Below are positions 25,239-36,261 of a DNA stretch of 64,000 nucleotides, one piece after another; position 1 is the first letter of the stretch; every line of letters starts with the position of its first letter. The DNA lies in contig JAWMAR010000030.1 of NCBI GenBank assembly GCA_036785375.1, forward strand, positions 992,001-1,056,000. Reading direction: 5' to 3'. The DNA is from Leucoraja ocellata. Lineage: Eukaryota. Below the pieces are notes generated by a model. The model had not been told where the DNA came from and ran no database searches. It worked only from the letters and a program-made list of their open reading frames with translations. The position numbers and the translations under genes were made by a program.

Positions 25239-25625
25239 CTTCTTCTTCTTCTTGCGAATGAAACATAAACCAAAGGAATAGTTAGATCTCAAGCCGGGTG
25301 TAGAGCAGCCAGGTTGTTGTCTCTGTTGACGTCAATGTCTGCCAGGCCCTGAGCTCCATTTGGTGGGTGGTAGAGCAGGCACCCAGAGATGACATGGTTG
25401 GCTGTGTGTTGTTCTGCTCCGCATTCACAGGCTGGGCTCTGGAGGAGTCCCCATCTCCAGAACCATGTCTGTTGAGCTTCACCCAGGCTCCTCTGGGGAG
25501 GTCAGACCCTGGATAGATTTTATCTGGTGAAGAGATGTAGCTGTGTAATGGAGATGAGGTTGCCTTCCACTCCTGTGACCACTTGATGGCTATCCAGTGT
25601 GCTTTTGTCTCAGTCCTGGTAGGCT
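25239..25625 (-). mobile_element. RTE-like LINE 3' fragment
   Basis: (AAG)n tail (cttcttcttcttctt). Minus-strand LPRGAWVKLNR..CGAEQHTANHVI-like C-terminal motif across frameshifts. Confidence 0.55.
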
Positions 25626-26628
25626 TGATCTAAGGAATATCCCACGATAATATATGGTTTTCCACGTGCATGTTGATCTCTCCCACACTTCCAACCAGAG
25701 TGGGAAGGGTTAGTTGTCACCAATGATCAGAAACTCCAATGGAACTACCACAGGAGCTAAACTGGGTATCCGATGTTGAGTGACTCGCTGACTGATAACC
25801 CAAAGCCTTCCCATCCTCCACAAGACACAAACTAGGAATATGACAGGTCAGTCCCCTCTTACCTGGAAGCTCAACACCAATTCAAAACAGAGACAAAAGG
25901 AATTGCAGATGCTAGAATCTTGAGCAAACCACCATGTTGAAATAACTCCGATTGGAAGGATTGGATAGGTGGCATTTTGGGTTGCGACTCTTCTTCAGGC
26001 TCTGACAGAGTCCCAACCCAAAACATTGCCTGTATGTTCCCACCACTGGTGCTGCCTGACCCACTGAGTAACTCCAACACAAATGTATTGACATCTTATA
26101 CAACACCAAAAACACCCATTCCCTCACCACCAGTGAATAGTGTTACAATGTGTGCCACCAACAAAATGCATTGCAATTAGTTGCCTGGGCTACTCAGACA
26201 GTAGGTCCCAAACCCGTGACTTCTACCACCATGAACAAGGCCTGCAGGTGCATGCAGGTTTCCCTCTTACACCATTGAAAATATGGGTCTACGATCCAAA
26301 ATTCCTTCCCGATGGCATCGTTGGCGTTGGGGCATGTGAAGGACTAGCAGACCACCACCTTCTCAAGGGCTTACACAGAATGTCCTCATCTCACCAAAAA
26401 GTGTTTCTAGCTCTTACTCATTACAACATCTCTTGACATCAGCTTTAAATTAATCAATATCACTGACATCTAGAACTGTATATGCAATTAAATATCAGCA
26501 AGATTGTAAACAATGTGTTTGGATTTCACTATAAGCCATCCCTCTCCATGGCAAAAGTGATTTAGTTGCAAATATCCAGTCTTCCCCAGGCATTCTGCCA
26601 GTTCCTGCTTTGCTAGTCTCTCTCATAA

Positions 26629-26898
26629 GGGCAGCACAGTGTTACAGTGTTGCAGCTGGCAGAGCTGCTGCCTCACAGCACCAGAGACCTGGGTTAGATC
26701 CTGACACTGTGTGGAGTTTGTGCATTCTCTCTCTGTGTCTCATGGGTTTCATCCCACATCCCAAAAGCATGTGGGTTTGTTCCTAATGTGTAGAAAGTGG
26801 ATGCGAAAGTATTAGACGATATCAAACTAGTGTGAACTGGTTGGCATGGAGTTGGTGGGCCTAAGAGCACATTTCTATACTGTATCCCGAAACTAAAC
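26629..26898 (+). mobile_element. HE1-like SINE, diverged
   Basis: gctgctgcctcacagcaccagagacctgggttagatcc..ggagtttg, with an aaactaaac tail. Confidence 0.7.
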
Positions 26899-27606
26899 AC
26901 GTAGATAGATGGGAAAGGTGGTGTATGGTATGCTTGCTTCATTGGTTGGGCATTGAGTACAAAAGTCAGGAAGTCATGTGTTGCAGCTTTAGAGGACTTT
27001 GGCTAGGCTGTATTTGGTATAATGTGTGCACTCAATTCCCTTACCTTAATACCAATATCTCATGTGCTTACATGTTTGGTAACATACTTGTTCATGTAAT
27101 GCCTTGGAAGATTGTGTTAGCTAGAGGGCTCAAATTACACGAGAGCACTATTCCAACAAACAAAATGGTCTCATGCATGGGCTGCACTACCTATTATGTC
27201 TTATGATGCCTTTCAATGGGTGATTTTGCCAAAGTTTTTAGGATTATTCAAAATATCAAGTGAATTTATTTAAATAAATTGACACCAAGGTCAGAGGTGC
27301 ATCCGATGTACTACCAGTCTCCACAGGGTAGAAACCTGGGCAACAGTGGAGCCCAGCGGTATAGCGATGAGAGACGCCAAGAGCCAATCTCTCATTTGGA
27401 AAAATTGTTTGTTCATGTCCTTATAAATAGTTGCAACAAAATGTGATTCTTTAGGGATTAAGACCACTTCCCAAGACTTGGGCAAGGCCACCATATTTGT
27501 GGAAACCTCACAGATCATATCAGGCTGTGATTAGAAGGACAAGAAACAAGTCTATCAGTGCTACTCCTCCAGTCTAATATAAAGTTAATGCCTTGGACTT
27601 TAAAAA

Positions 27607-27876
27607 CACCTCATATTTTGCTTGGGCAGCTTACACCCCAGAGGTATGAATATTGACTTGTCTAACTTCAAGTAACCCTTGCTTTCCCTCTCTCTACATC
27701 CATCCCCCTTTTCCCAGTTCCCCAACCAGTCTGACTACAAAAGGTCTGAAGAAGGGTCTTAACCCAAAACATCACCCAGTCCTTCTCTCCAGAGATGCAG
27801 CATGTCCCGCTGAGTTACTCCAGCATGTTGTATCTATCTTCGGTTTATACCAGCATCCGCAGGTCCTTCCTACACA
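27607..27876 (+). mobile_element. Penelope-like element 3' end (GIY-YIG C-terminus plus terminal repeat)
   Basis: 27607-27675 encodes HLIFCLGSLHPRGMNIDLSNFK*, followed by ggtctgaagaagggtc.. and the family repeat. Confidence 0.75.
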
Positions 27877-29207
27877 AGTTCACACCTTGGGCAGACTTGA
27901 GCCTCACAATGAAACTCCAAACAAAGACTCAATCTGTTGTAACTCCTTGCCTACCTGTTTTAAATCACTATCACTGGCAAAACTAAGTGAGATTTTATCA
28001 AAGGCCAAAATATTATCAGAACCAAACCCTGAAACAGAGATTTACAATCTGTCATGGCAATAAATGTGTCTCCTTTCCTGCTGAATGATTAGAGGAATCA
28101 ATTTTGGCCAGCAAATATAAAAGTGTTTAATTGATTATACAAGCTGATAGCAATTGGAAAGTATAGCCAATTCTGTCAATAAAGCTTCGACAATGATGGT
28201 GACCACTATTTCCACTAGTTATACCCAGTACCTATCTCATATGTTTGTTGGTCGCTGTTCATTATTGGCAATATTACATTTACTGTTCTGTTTGAAAGAG
28301 AACCAGGTGAGACTTCCATTTGTTGCAAGCTATTGATGGGTTTGCAAATATAAGCATTGAAAAGTCAGGGGAACTCTATTAGAAGTTCCTGAATTTATGA
28401 TAAGTGACTTTGCAGACAATAACGGGCGCAGGTGAAACACATTAAGATAAGTCACAGCTTTCCTAAACTAATCTAAATTTGTAACATTCTTAGAGTGTTA
28501 TCTCCCCCAAGCCAACTCTCCTGCTAAAGTTATTAACACGAGTGCTTTAAGTGGAATTTAACCCACTGTAGATGGGCCACTGACCTTCCTTATTTTCTTT
28601 CCAACATCCATCTTTTCCTTAGATGAGATGCGTGCAACTCACCTCATCCACCATTCAAGAAAACTCATTCTAGCCCAGGTGCGTGGAATGAAACCGCCAA
28701 TTGCATGTTTTAATCTCGCCCTTCAATCTTCCACTATTTTGCTATATTTCAAAACACTCCCTAGATCAGTAACACTCCCGTCTTCTGCAAATACTGTATT
28801 CAATTAAATTAACGGCTTCCCTCTAATTACAAGGGACAGGATTTGCAAGAGGAATATATGTAAATGTAAAAGCAAATTTGATGAACAGCAAATATACGTA
28901 TCAATCCTCTCAAAATAATTAGGTGAAAGCGCTAATCCATAATTTTTGGTATTATTTACGTTAATTTATTTTTTCAACACGTTTTTTTTTTCAAATGACC
29001 AAGATGTGCAAGGTTAAGTGGCGAGTCACACAAGTGGCGAGTCAGTTGACATCAAAGTGGGCAAAAGCCCCGGAAAAAAATGTTGTGACCTGCAAAATAT
29101 AACTAACGAGCATAAAACAATGAAATAAACCCTGCACCTAACAAGTGAACTAGTTCTTCTTTTGTTCTGTGTAAATAAAGGCAAGTGTTTAAATACTTTG
29201 CACTTAC

Positions 29208-29258
29208 TTGAGTTCCATCAACAACGACCCCTACATCATTGCTCGCCATCACTGACAT
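29208..29258 (-). CDS. lrmda: Leucine-rich melanocyte differentiation-associated protein (C10orf11), coding exon 1
   Basis: Minus strand reads ATG TCA GTG ATG GCG AGC AAT GAT GTA GGG GTC GTT GTT GAT GGA ACT CAA|gtaagt = (MSV)MASNDVGVVVDGTQ, resembling the human N-terminus MAGLVVRGTQ. Consensus donor. The start may be 29258 or 29249 (stronger Kozak context). Head-to-head with znf503, as in human. Confidence 0.8.
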
Positions 29259-29399
29259 GCTAATTTATATTACAGAGAAAGACTGAGAATGCCGTTGTTT
29301 GTTTTATTTTTACGGTTTTGCAAGCTGCCAACTGCAGTTCTGTATTTTATACAAGGTTTGTTTGGAAGTACCGCTGTAGCGGAGCAGTGACCTGCCTGT

Positions 29400-29875
29400 G
29401 GAAATACACAAGAGCGCTTCACTTCCGCACTCCTGTCAGCTGAGTCGGAGCGGAAGTCAGTCTCCTAAACGTCGAAAAGGAGGGGCAAAATGACTTAAAA
29501 AGCAAAGCTTTCGGAATTGCATTACATGCAATTATGATGCAGCATATTCCCCCAAAAACTATGCATGGGGAGTTGGTTTAACCTTGGGGTTACTTTTTTT
29601 TGCAAATGCCCCGTGCAACCCTAAACCTCAAAGGTCACTCCCAGCCCAGGCCCTGATCCAGCGACTGAAGACGAGAGCGGCCGCGCTGCATTTATTCGCA
29701 TTTCTCCAACGAGTCGGACTAATTTATCTTTTGTGCCGCTCATGTTGGAGCCGTGCAGGCAGTAGTGTAGACTGAACCATCAAAGCTAGTTTCCACCCCC
29801 CACCCCCCTCCCACGGGGAGAAAAAAGGAAAAGTTCCCTTCCCGCCCCGATAGCTCAGCGCATGCGGAAGTCTAG
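29400..29875 (-). promoter_or_regulatory. Probable lrmda promoter (CpG-rich, ETS/GABP, NRF1, GC box)
   Basis: ACTTCCG 29421-29427, CGGAAGT 29451-29457, CCGCCC 29842-29847, and GCGCATGCG overlapping CGGAAGT 29858-29871. Lies just upstream of lrmda exon 1 on the minus strand. Confidence 0.6.
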
Positions 29876-32659
29876 CACTGCAGAATACTGACTCAATCTC
29901 ACATCCTACTAACTACTAATGTAAGGCGACCACACTGATATTTCACATAAGTAAGTTTTGATGCATGGACTATACTTTTCATTGATCCGGCCGTTCGCTG
30001 CCGAGAGATTGTTTTGTTTTTTGAAATTAACACCAAATTCCTTCTGAGTCGGGTTATACGGAGAAATACAGCAACAACAGTGATGTCTTTGTCACAGAGG
30101 GAATATGTGCATTTCAGAGTAGAATCGACCTTAAAATTGTTTGCGTTCGACTATTAATAATCAGGTATGGATTTTGATATTTACCCGCGTGCCAGAAAAA
30201 TGTGTCAGCGTGTAGGTTGTTACTGTAAGCGCTCGCTTCGGCACGGTGCCGTTTGGGGTCGAGTGGGCTATTGATATAACGATGAGTTGTTTCGGAAACT
30301 ATGTTAGTTTTCCGGGGGAAAAAAACCCCATCTCCTCTTGCAATTCTCTCAATCGATGTAACGGCCGGATTTCGACTTGCACATTTTGTGTCATTTTTAT
30401 AATTTTTATGTTTCAGCTGTTCATCGGTGAGGCACCTCTGCTGCGAAACTAAATAACTTTACAGCTAAAATAACGTCGGTTGTTAAAATGCTATTTTTTA
30501 AAAGAAAAATATCCCGTTCGACCAACATCAGATATCCTAACTAGCTCTTGTTTCCAGCAATAATTATATTTGCATGCGATGAGTGATTCATAAAAATGTC
30601 AGGCTGTAAAATATAGGCACGTACTTCAAACTTTCTATTTAAAAATCATGAATTATAGCCACGAAAAATGTGTTCCCATTTAGGGTAATACGAAGTATTT
30701 GCTGTCTTGTACTGAGACCCATCTGTCATCTAGACAATAAAGAAAGCCGCTGTTACTTTTTCCCTGACGTTGGAAATTTATGGGTGCCCTACACTGGCCT
30801 AATAACTCAAGCATTGTGTCAACGTTTGACAGGCTTGCAGAAAAACAGCAACCCTGTTATCAATCAAACAACCCTTTGCATATTTTTAGCTGCGCTCTGA
30901 TCTTCAAGACACGTTTATGTATGAATTATATCATTATGAATCATTCCACAGATTTACTGTAAGGCGGGACGTGATCTATCACGTCTTTCAAATCAACAAA
31001 AGGAAGAGAGATTTTTACAGTTTTCGCCATTTTAGAGTGCTTGACACTTGTGGGATTTTACACTGGAATAAATATATTTTATAACAAATCTTATCCGTGC
31101 ATGCCGCTGTAAAATCGGCACTTTCCTCCCCATTTTAAAGCCGTTTTGTAGATTGTATCTAATCTTTTTTTTTAGAAAGAGAAGAAAATGATCCTTAAGC
31201 TGCCTTTCCTCAAAGTAACTATTTTGATATATCGGTAAAGTCGCGCCGTGACATTCAGGACTGAGTTTCTCTTGAGTTTTCATTTGTAGTAGCAAAGATA
31301 TACTTCCACCTCAAAACATTGTTGCTCTCTCTCTCTCGAAAGAAGAGTTCGGGTTTGGTTAGCATTTGTCATTGTTTCTTTAATATTGTTTCCATCTTTT
31401 ATATTTTTAAAAAGCTCAGTTAAGAATGGACGCATAGAATAACTTCAAAAACCTAATTTCTATACGTCAACGCGTAATTCTTCATCATCACCCAGAAACT
31501 ATTATTCCAAATGGTTAATATTCAACGCTCGCCGCAATTTCATGACATCAAATATAATTTCAATATATCTTAACTAAACTAACTACATAACAATCTTTTA
31601 AGGCCAATTTAAAAATTGTTTTAAAATGACAATGTTCCAATGATTTAGTTTTCTGGACCATTGAGATTGACACGGGATAAAGAAAGCAGACTTCTCTAAA
31701 TGTGTGGTAATCTAAAAGTATAACCGAAATAAGTTCTGATTCAAGAAGACGACACAACCCCAAATAGAATCTCCTGGGATACGAGTTTTTTCATGATGAT
31801 GAATGCAAACATCACCGCCATTGAAAGCTATACAAGATTCCACTGGTCCACGAACAATTTTTCTATCGACCTAAGTAACTAAAAGGATTCCGACATTTTG
31901 ATTATTGTAATAGACTGGAATTAAATCGCAAGTCTGAAAGTAAAAGCAAACCTTTCATTATTACCTGAAACTTTAAAACTCCCCCCAGCACCAAACCGGC
32001 CCTTGATCCTATAGCTAAACGGCGATATCTTCACTTTCTAAAGTGTTTTTAACAGTGCTTCGGCACACTGGAATAGATGCAATATTTTACAAGAACTAGC
32101 AACAAAAAGTACAGGACAATGAAATATTAATGTGTTTCGTGGTTCTAAATCGCGCATGGATTTTCCCACTTTGCGCGCACCTGATCTGGCATAATTTAGG
32201 CTGAATGGGGAGCATGGAGGGTCCCAAACCGCGTGTGTAATTTTAAAGATTTCTTTAGATTTATTAGATGACCGCCACAGAGCGAAAACAGCGTTGGAGA
32301 CAGCGCATCAACTACAAAGATGCGAACGAGAAACAAAGAGAATATCAGCCGTCCTGTCCAAATATTATTCATGGAGTTATGGAATCTTAATGCTGATGCG
32401 GTTTTCCTCTTAGCTTTCTTGAGAAAATAATATTGATTAACAATGACGGAGCATACTCTAAAGCGAGTCGTAGAAGATGGGACACTTCGTGTTATTTGGC
32501 TGCTTCTATCTGTGGCCCAATGTTGTTGAATCTATTTAAAAGAAAGCGAAGCGTTTAACAGACAGAAACTTGCCTTCCGCCGTTGTGTTTTAAGATGAGC
32601 GGCCGGTCCTGTTGCTTTTTAAACCAATTTCGTTCCAATCCGCTTTCTGCTGAAATCCA

Positions 32660-32860
32660 TCCCAGGATTTGTCAGATCTGACCTGACCTGTCAAGCGGAT
32701 TATCATACAGAGAGATTAATAGGGGAGGCGGGTTGCAATAATAATCGCTTTGTTTGATGTGACAAGTTTGATAGGCGTTGATTTACTTACAAACTGATAG
32801 GCTTTTAATTGAGCGCCTCCATCCAAGTTAGATGAAAGGAAGCCGCGGCATTTTGTGTCT
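32660..32860. promoter_or_regulatory. Candidate conserved non-coding enhancer upstream of znf503
   Basis: Dense motifs: CTGTCA 32688, CTTTGTT/TTTGATG (Sox/TCF) 32748-32759, TGACA 32760, TGATTTAC (Pbx-Hox) 32779-32786, TGATAGGC twice (32769, 32795), TAATT. Conservation itself was not tested. Confidence 0.6.
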
Positions 32861-34699
32861 GAAAAGCTGCCCAATTGCCCGGGAGTCTGAATACTTATTA
32901 GCCGGGTACGTGAGCGGTCAAATACTTCTTTTTGAATGTATTACTTTTTTTTCTCCCCCAAATGATAAATCTCTTACATTGTACGTAAATCGAATTATGT
33001 TGACATGTCAACCAGTGACTTAGAAGTGGGAAAGGTTGAGTATCTTGATAATGGCTTAACTTTCTAATTAAATTAACCTAGTTCCTGGAACAACATTCTC
33101 CTGTGTTTGTAAAGTCTTTTTCCCGGATGAATTTTTACTCTTTTTAGACGTCAATGAAAGCTGGTCATTGGTGTTACTTTTGATCAAATCGTGTTGATCC
33201 AACCTGCGGTTGTTTGGATCAACAAAATAACTTGGGCACAAAGGTGGTCGTGTAGTGAAAGGGAAAATGAGACTGTTTGGTTCGTTTCGGATCTGCATTT
33301 TTTTTTAAAGGACGGCAGAATACTGGACACTGTTACTTCCTAATATTTCATTATTTTCAGTCAGACTTGAATAGAGGCGTACAAATGGCCAAGCGCTGTA
33401 TCTCTCGAAAGTGTAAATTTATGTATGTCCGTGTGTGTTGAATGTTTTAATTTGATTTGTTTGCCCCCTCGCCCTCTAGTTGCACTTAAAAACCCCAAAC
33501 AACTGAACCGCACAGTGTGCCCCGAGTCTCTCCTCCGCTCTGAAGTGAACACATCTCCAAAAAAAACTTCCCACAGTCGACTCCACCTAAAGCAATTAAT
33601 CTTTTAGTTTTTTTCTCACCGGGAGGCAGGACAAATACAACAAGAACAGATAGTCGTCTCTATGGTATAGTAAGGAAAACAGCTGTTCCAAGCAGTTAAT
33701 GCAAATGAACACAAATGAAAGTACAGCGTTTCAGTGTTTACGGCACTTCATCCATCAACCTGACGAGCCATTAAAAAGAAAGAACTGTTCTGTGCGGATC
33801 GAATTTACGCTAACACTTGGGAACCGTTGAGTCCTCTTCCAACACCATTACACACCTGGATAAATTTGAGCTTCCTTCCCTACATTATTTAAGTAAAATA
33901 CTTAACAAGAACCCTCTTTATAATAGGATTAAGTAGCAATATCATTTCCATTTCACTCGCTCAGACTTTGCAAATCTGATTCGCAAATACCTTTACATTT
34001 TTGAAATATTAGTATAATTACCTAAAAGAGGATTCTTTATTGCGGTGATATATTTGTAAGAAAAAGCGCGATTTCATTCCGGGAAGCCATTAGTCAAATT
34101 TAGTTGCCCATTCAGTAACTACAGTGCTTTGGCGTAACAAATATTTACATTTCCGTTGTACATGCTGAAATTAGACTGCCTCCGTTTTCGGTTTTGTGAA
34201 ATTTTGACATTGTTTGTCGGTATTGTTTGACATTGTAAAAGTGGTGTTATTTATCGAGAAGGTGGTTCGCGTTGGGTTCAATCCGGATAGATAGTCCATC
34301 TCAGAAATTGGCAACGACCCCAGCACTTCCCGTGTACTTCGCTTGTCAAACGTGTTTTTATCTTCAAGTGACCTTTTGTTAATGTTGTAGATTGTGTGGG
34401 CCACCATGTCGAGGCCGGAAACAAAAGCAAAGATTGATTAGCACATACATTTGCCAGTGAAAAGAAGACAACATCAAACAGAAGTCAAAATCTTAACAAC
34501 CGCCCATCTATCCCCTTTTTAAATTGAAGAGCGGCATAATAGACAAAAAGCAAAGTTTGGCGTCTGCGAGGTTCTTAAGGATAGATTTTGCTGCTAACGC
34601 TAACTCGATTTGCTTTTCTTTATATAAAAAAAAGCAGTAATGTTTGGCGTAGTTTGTGTGGAGAAAGCAGTGCGATAGTTGTGCGTGTGATATGAACCT

Positions 34700-34870
34700 T
34701 TTAAAGCAGTGACTTTGATCAGACCGATCATTTGTTCTAGCTGTCAGGTTTAGCATGTCAAGACTTTCAACGTGTCAATCTTAATATTTTTCAAACGCTG
34801 CTCCGTGTGACCGGCGGGTTGATTGATCGTTGATACCATCTCAATAATGCCATTTTGGTTGTAATGTCCC
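34700..34870. promoter_or_regulatory. Candidate proximal enhancer of znf503
   Basis: CTTTGAT (TCF), CTGTCA plus two TGTCAA (TALE), and TGATTGAT (Pbx-Hox) within 170 bp. Confidence 0.45.
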
Positions 34871-35144
34871 GTAACGACCCGAAGTGAGATTTCTCAATTT
34901 AAGATTTAAAAAAAAATATATGTGTGTATATATATTGTTTTTCAATAAGTAAGAAATGTTCAACGGGGGAGTAAGCCATTAGCGACTGGAGTGGAGGTGT
35001 ATAATTCGTTCAAGCGAATTGAAGTGCGGTCTACTGCGCCTGTCTTTTGTTCGCATACAAATTGAGTTTACTCTGAGAACGATTTATTTCCCTAAATTGA
35101 ATGGCTCTTTTCAAAAGCCGTCCTTTTTCAAGTCACACCAGGCT

Positions 35145-35460
35145 TGTAATCAGCAACAAAAGCTGACATAAATCAAGCCAGATTGACAGGGTTGACAAAT
35201 AACTGATTGATTGCGGTTAAGGGAATTGACAGTTGGAAGGGTGGGGGTATAGAATTGTAAGCATGTGACATTGAGATCCTTCTCCGGATTGGACTGAGAT
35301 CGTCACATGCTGGACGTCTAAAATGTTACCTTAACACAATAACCAACACACATACGCACACACAAAAAGTTAACACCATATCCCCGTGACCCTCCAATCA
35401 CCTCGGGGTTTGGTGTTCATTGTGTGATTTGATTGGAAGGCGGCAAAGGCTTTAATCTCA
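35145..35460 (+). promoter_or_regulatory. znf503 proximal promoter with TALE/Hox sites, inverted E-box pair and CCAAT boxes
   Basis: ATAAATCA 35168-35175, TGACAG 35184 and 35227, TGATTGAT 35204-35211, GCATGTGAC 35261 with GTCACATGC 35302, ATTGG 35288 and 35432, CCAAT 35394. Confidence 0.65.
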
Positions 35461-35659
35461 AAGTAATTCGATGTTTGAAGTGTTGACGTCCAGATTGTGT
35501 GTTGCATGTTGTGTTGTGTTTCGCTGAGCGGCGGTGCTGCTTCGCTGATGAGCGCCGGGGAGGTTTTGGGCAGGGTCTCTCATTCCGTGAGTGAAAGCTA
35601 CCACCACCACCGCCGCCGCCGCGTCGTCGAGCGATACAGTTCCTCTCGGAGTGCTGGCC

Positions 35660-35890
35660 ATGATTACATCGCCTTCCGTCTCTATCCACAGAATTACAGC
35701 GAGTGATAACAGCAGCCGAGGGAACACGAGTAGTAAACCGTTCTACCACTCCGTACCTCCCTCTGACCCTCTAAGGCAAGCAAATCGTCTTCCTATCAAG
35801 GTCTTGAAAATGCTTACGGCTCGCACTGGACACATTTTGCACCCCGAATACTTACAGCCGCTACCATCTACGCCCGTAAGTCCCATCGAG
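35660..35890 (+). CDS. znf503: Zinc finger protein 503 (Nolz-1/Nlz2), coding exon 1
   Basis: gccATGa at 35660. Translates MITSPSVS...KPFYHSVPPSDPLRQANRLPIKVLKMLTARTGHILHPEYLQPLPSTPVSPIE, then GT donor (gag|gtacgt) at 35891. The residues IKVLKMLTARTGHILH and QPLPSTP match ZNF503 rather than ZNF703 (IRVLKMLSAHTGHLLH, QPLSSTP). An in-frame TGA lies upstream at 35588-35590. Confidence 0.95.
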
Positions 35891-36261
35891 GTACGTTTAT
35901 GGGTTTTTTTTGCCATTCTTTTCGCTAACGCACGGTTTTCTGGTCTAATCTGTCGATGTGATACTAACGTGGAAACACGAGACTCGATAGATTCCCCGCG
36001 TACAATAAAGACCATCTCAAACATGTACGGTCGATACTCAATTTGGGAACATCTGCTAGGGGAAAAAATACCCCACCAAGTACCCCATCTGTAATCATAG
36101 CTGATATTAAAATATTAGTTAGTGTGGATTGTTGTTCCCTGTCGAGATTTGAACCATTGAATTAACAATTGGCTATTGTGGGAAGACGGGAGGTTGGAGA
36201 ATATGTTTACAGCAGCCGGAAGTATTGTTTCATTTTTTTTATTTATTTAATTTTCTTGTAG
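35891..36261 (+). other. znf503: znf503 intron (371 bp, GT-AG, phase 0)
   Basis: gtacgt donor and T-rich tract ending ttcttgtag at 36261. Splicing gives the conserved junction SPIE|LDAKKSPL. Confidence 0.93.

Noticed and set aside
35591-36094. 167-aa ORF as a single-exon protein or GTG-initiated extension
   Set aside because: It is znf503 exon 1 read through into the intron. Homology ends at the GT donor (35891), and a good-context ATG exists at 35660.
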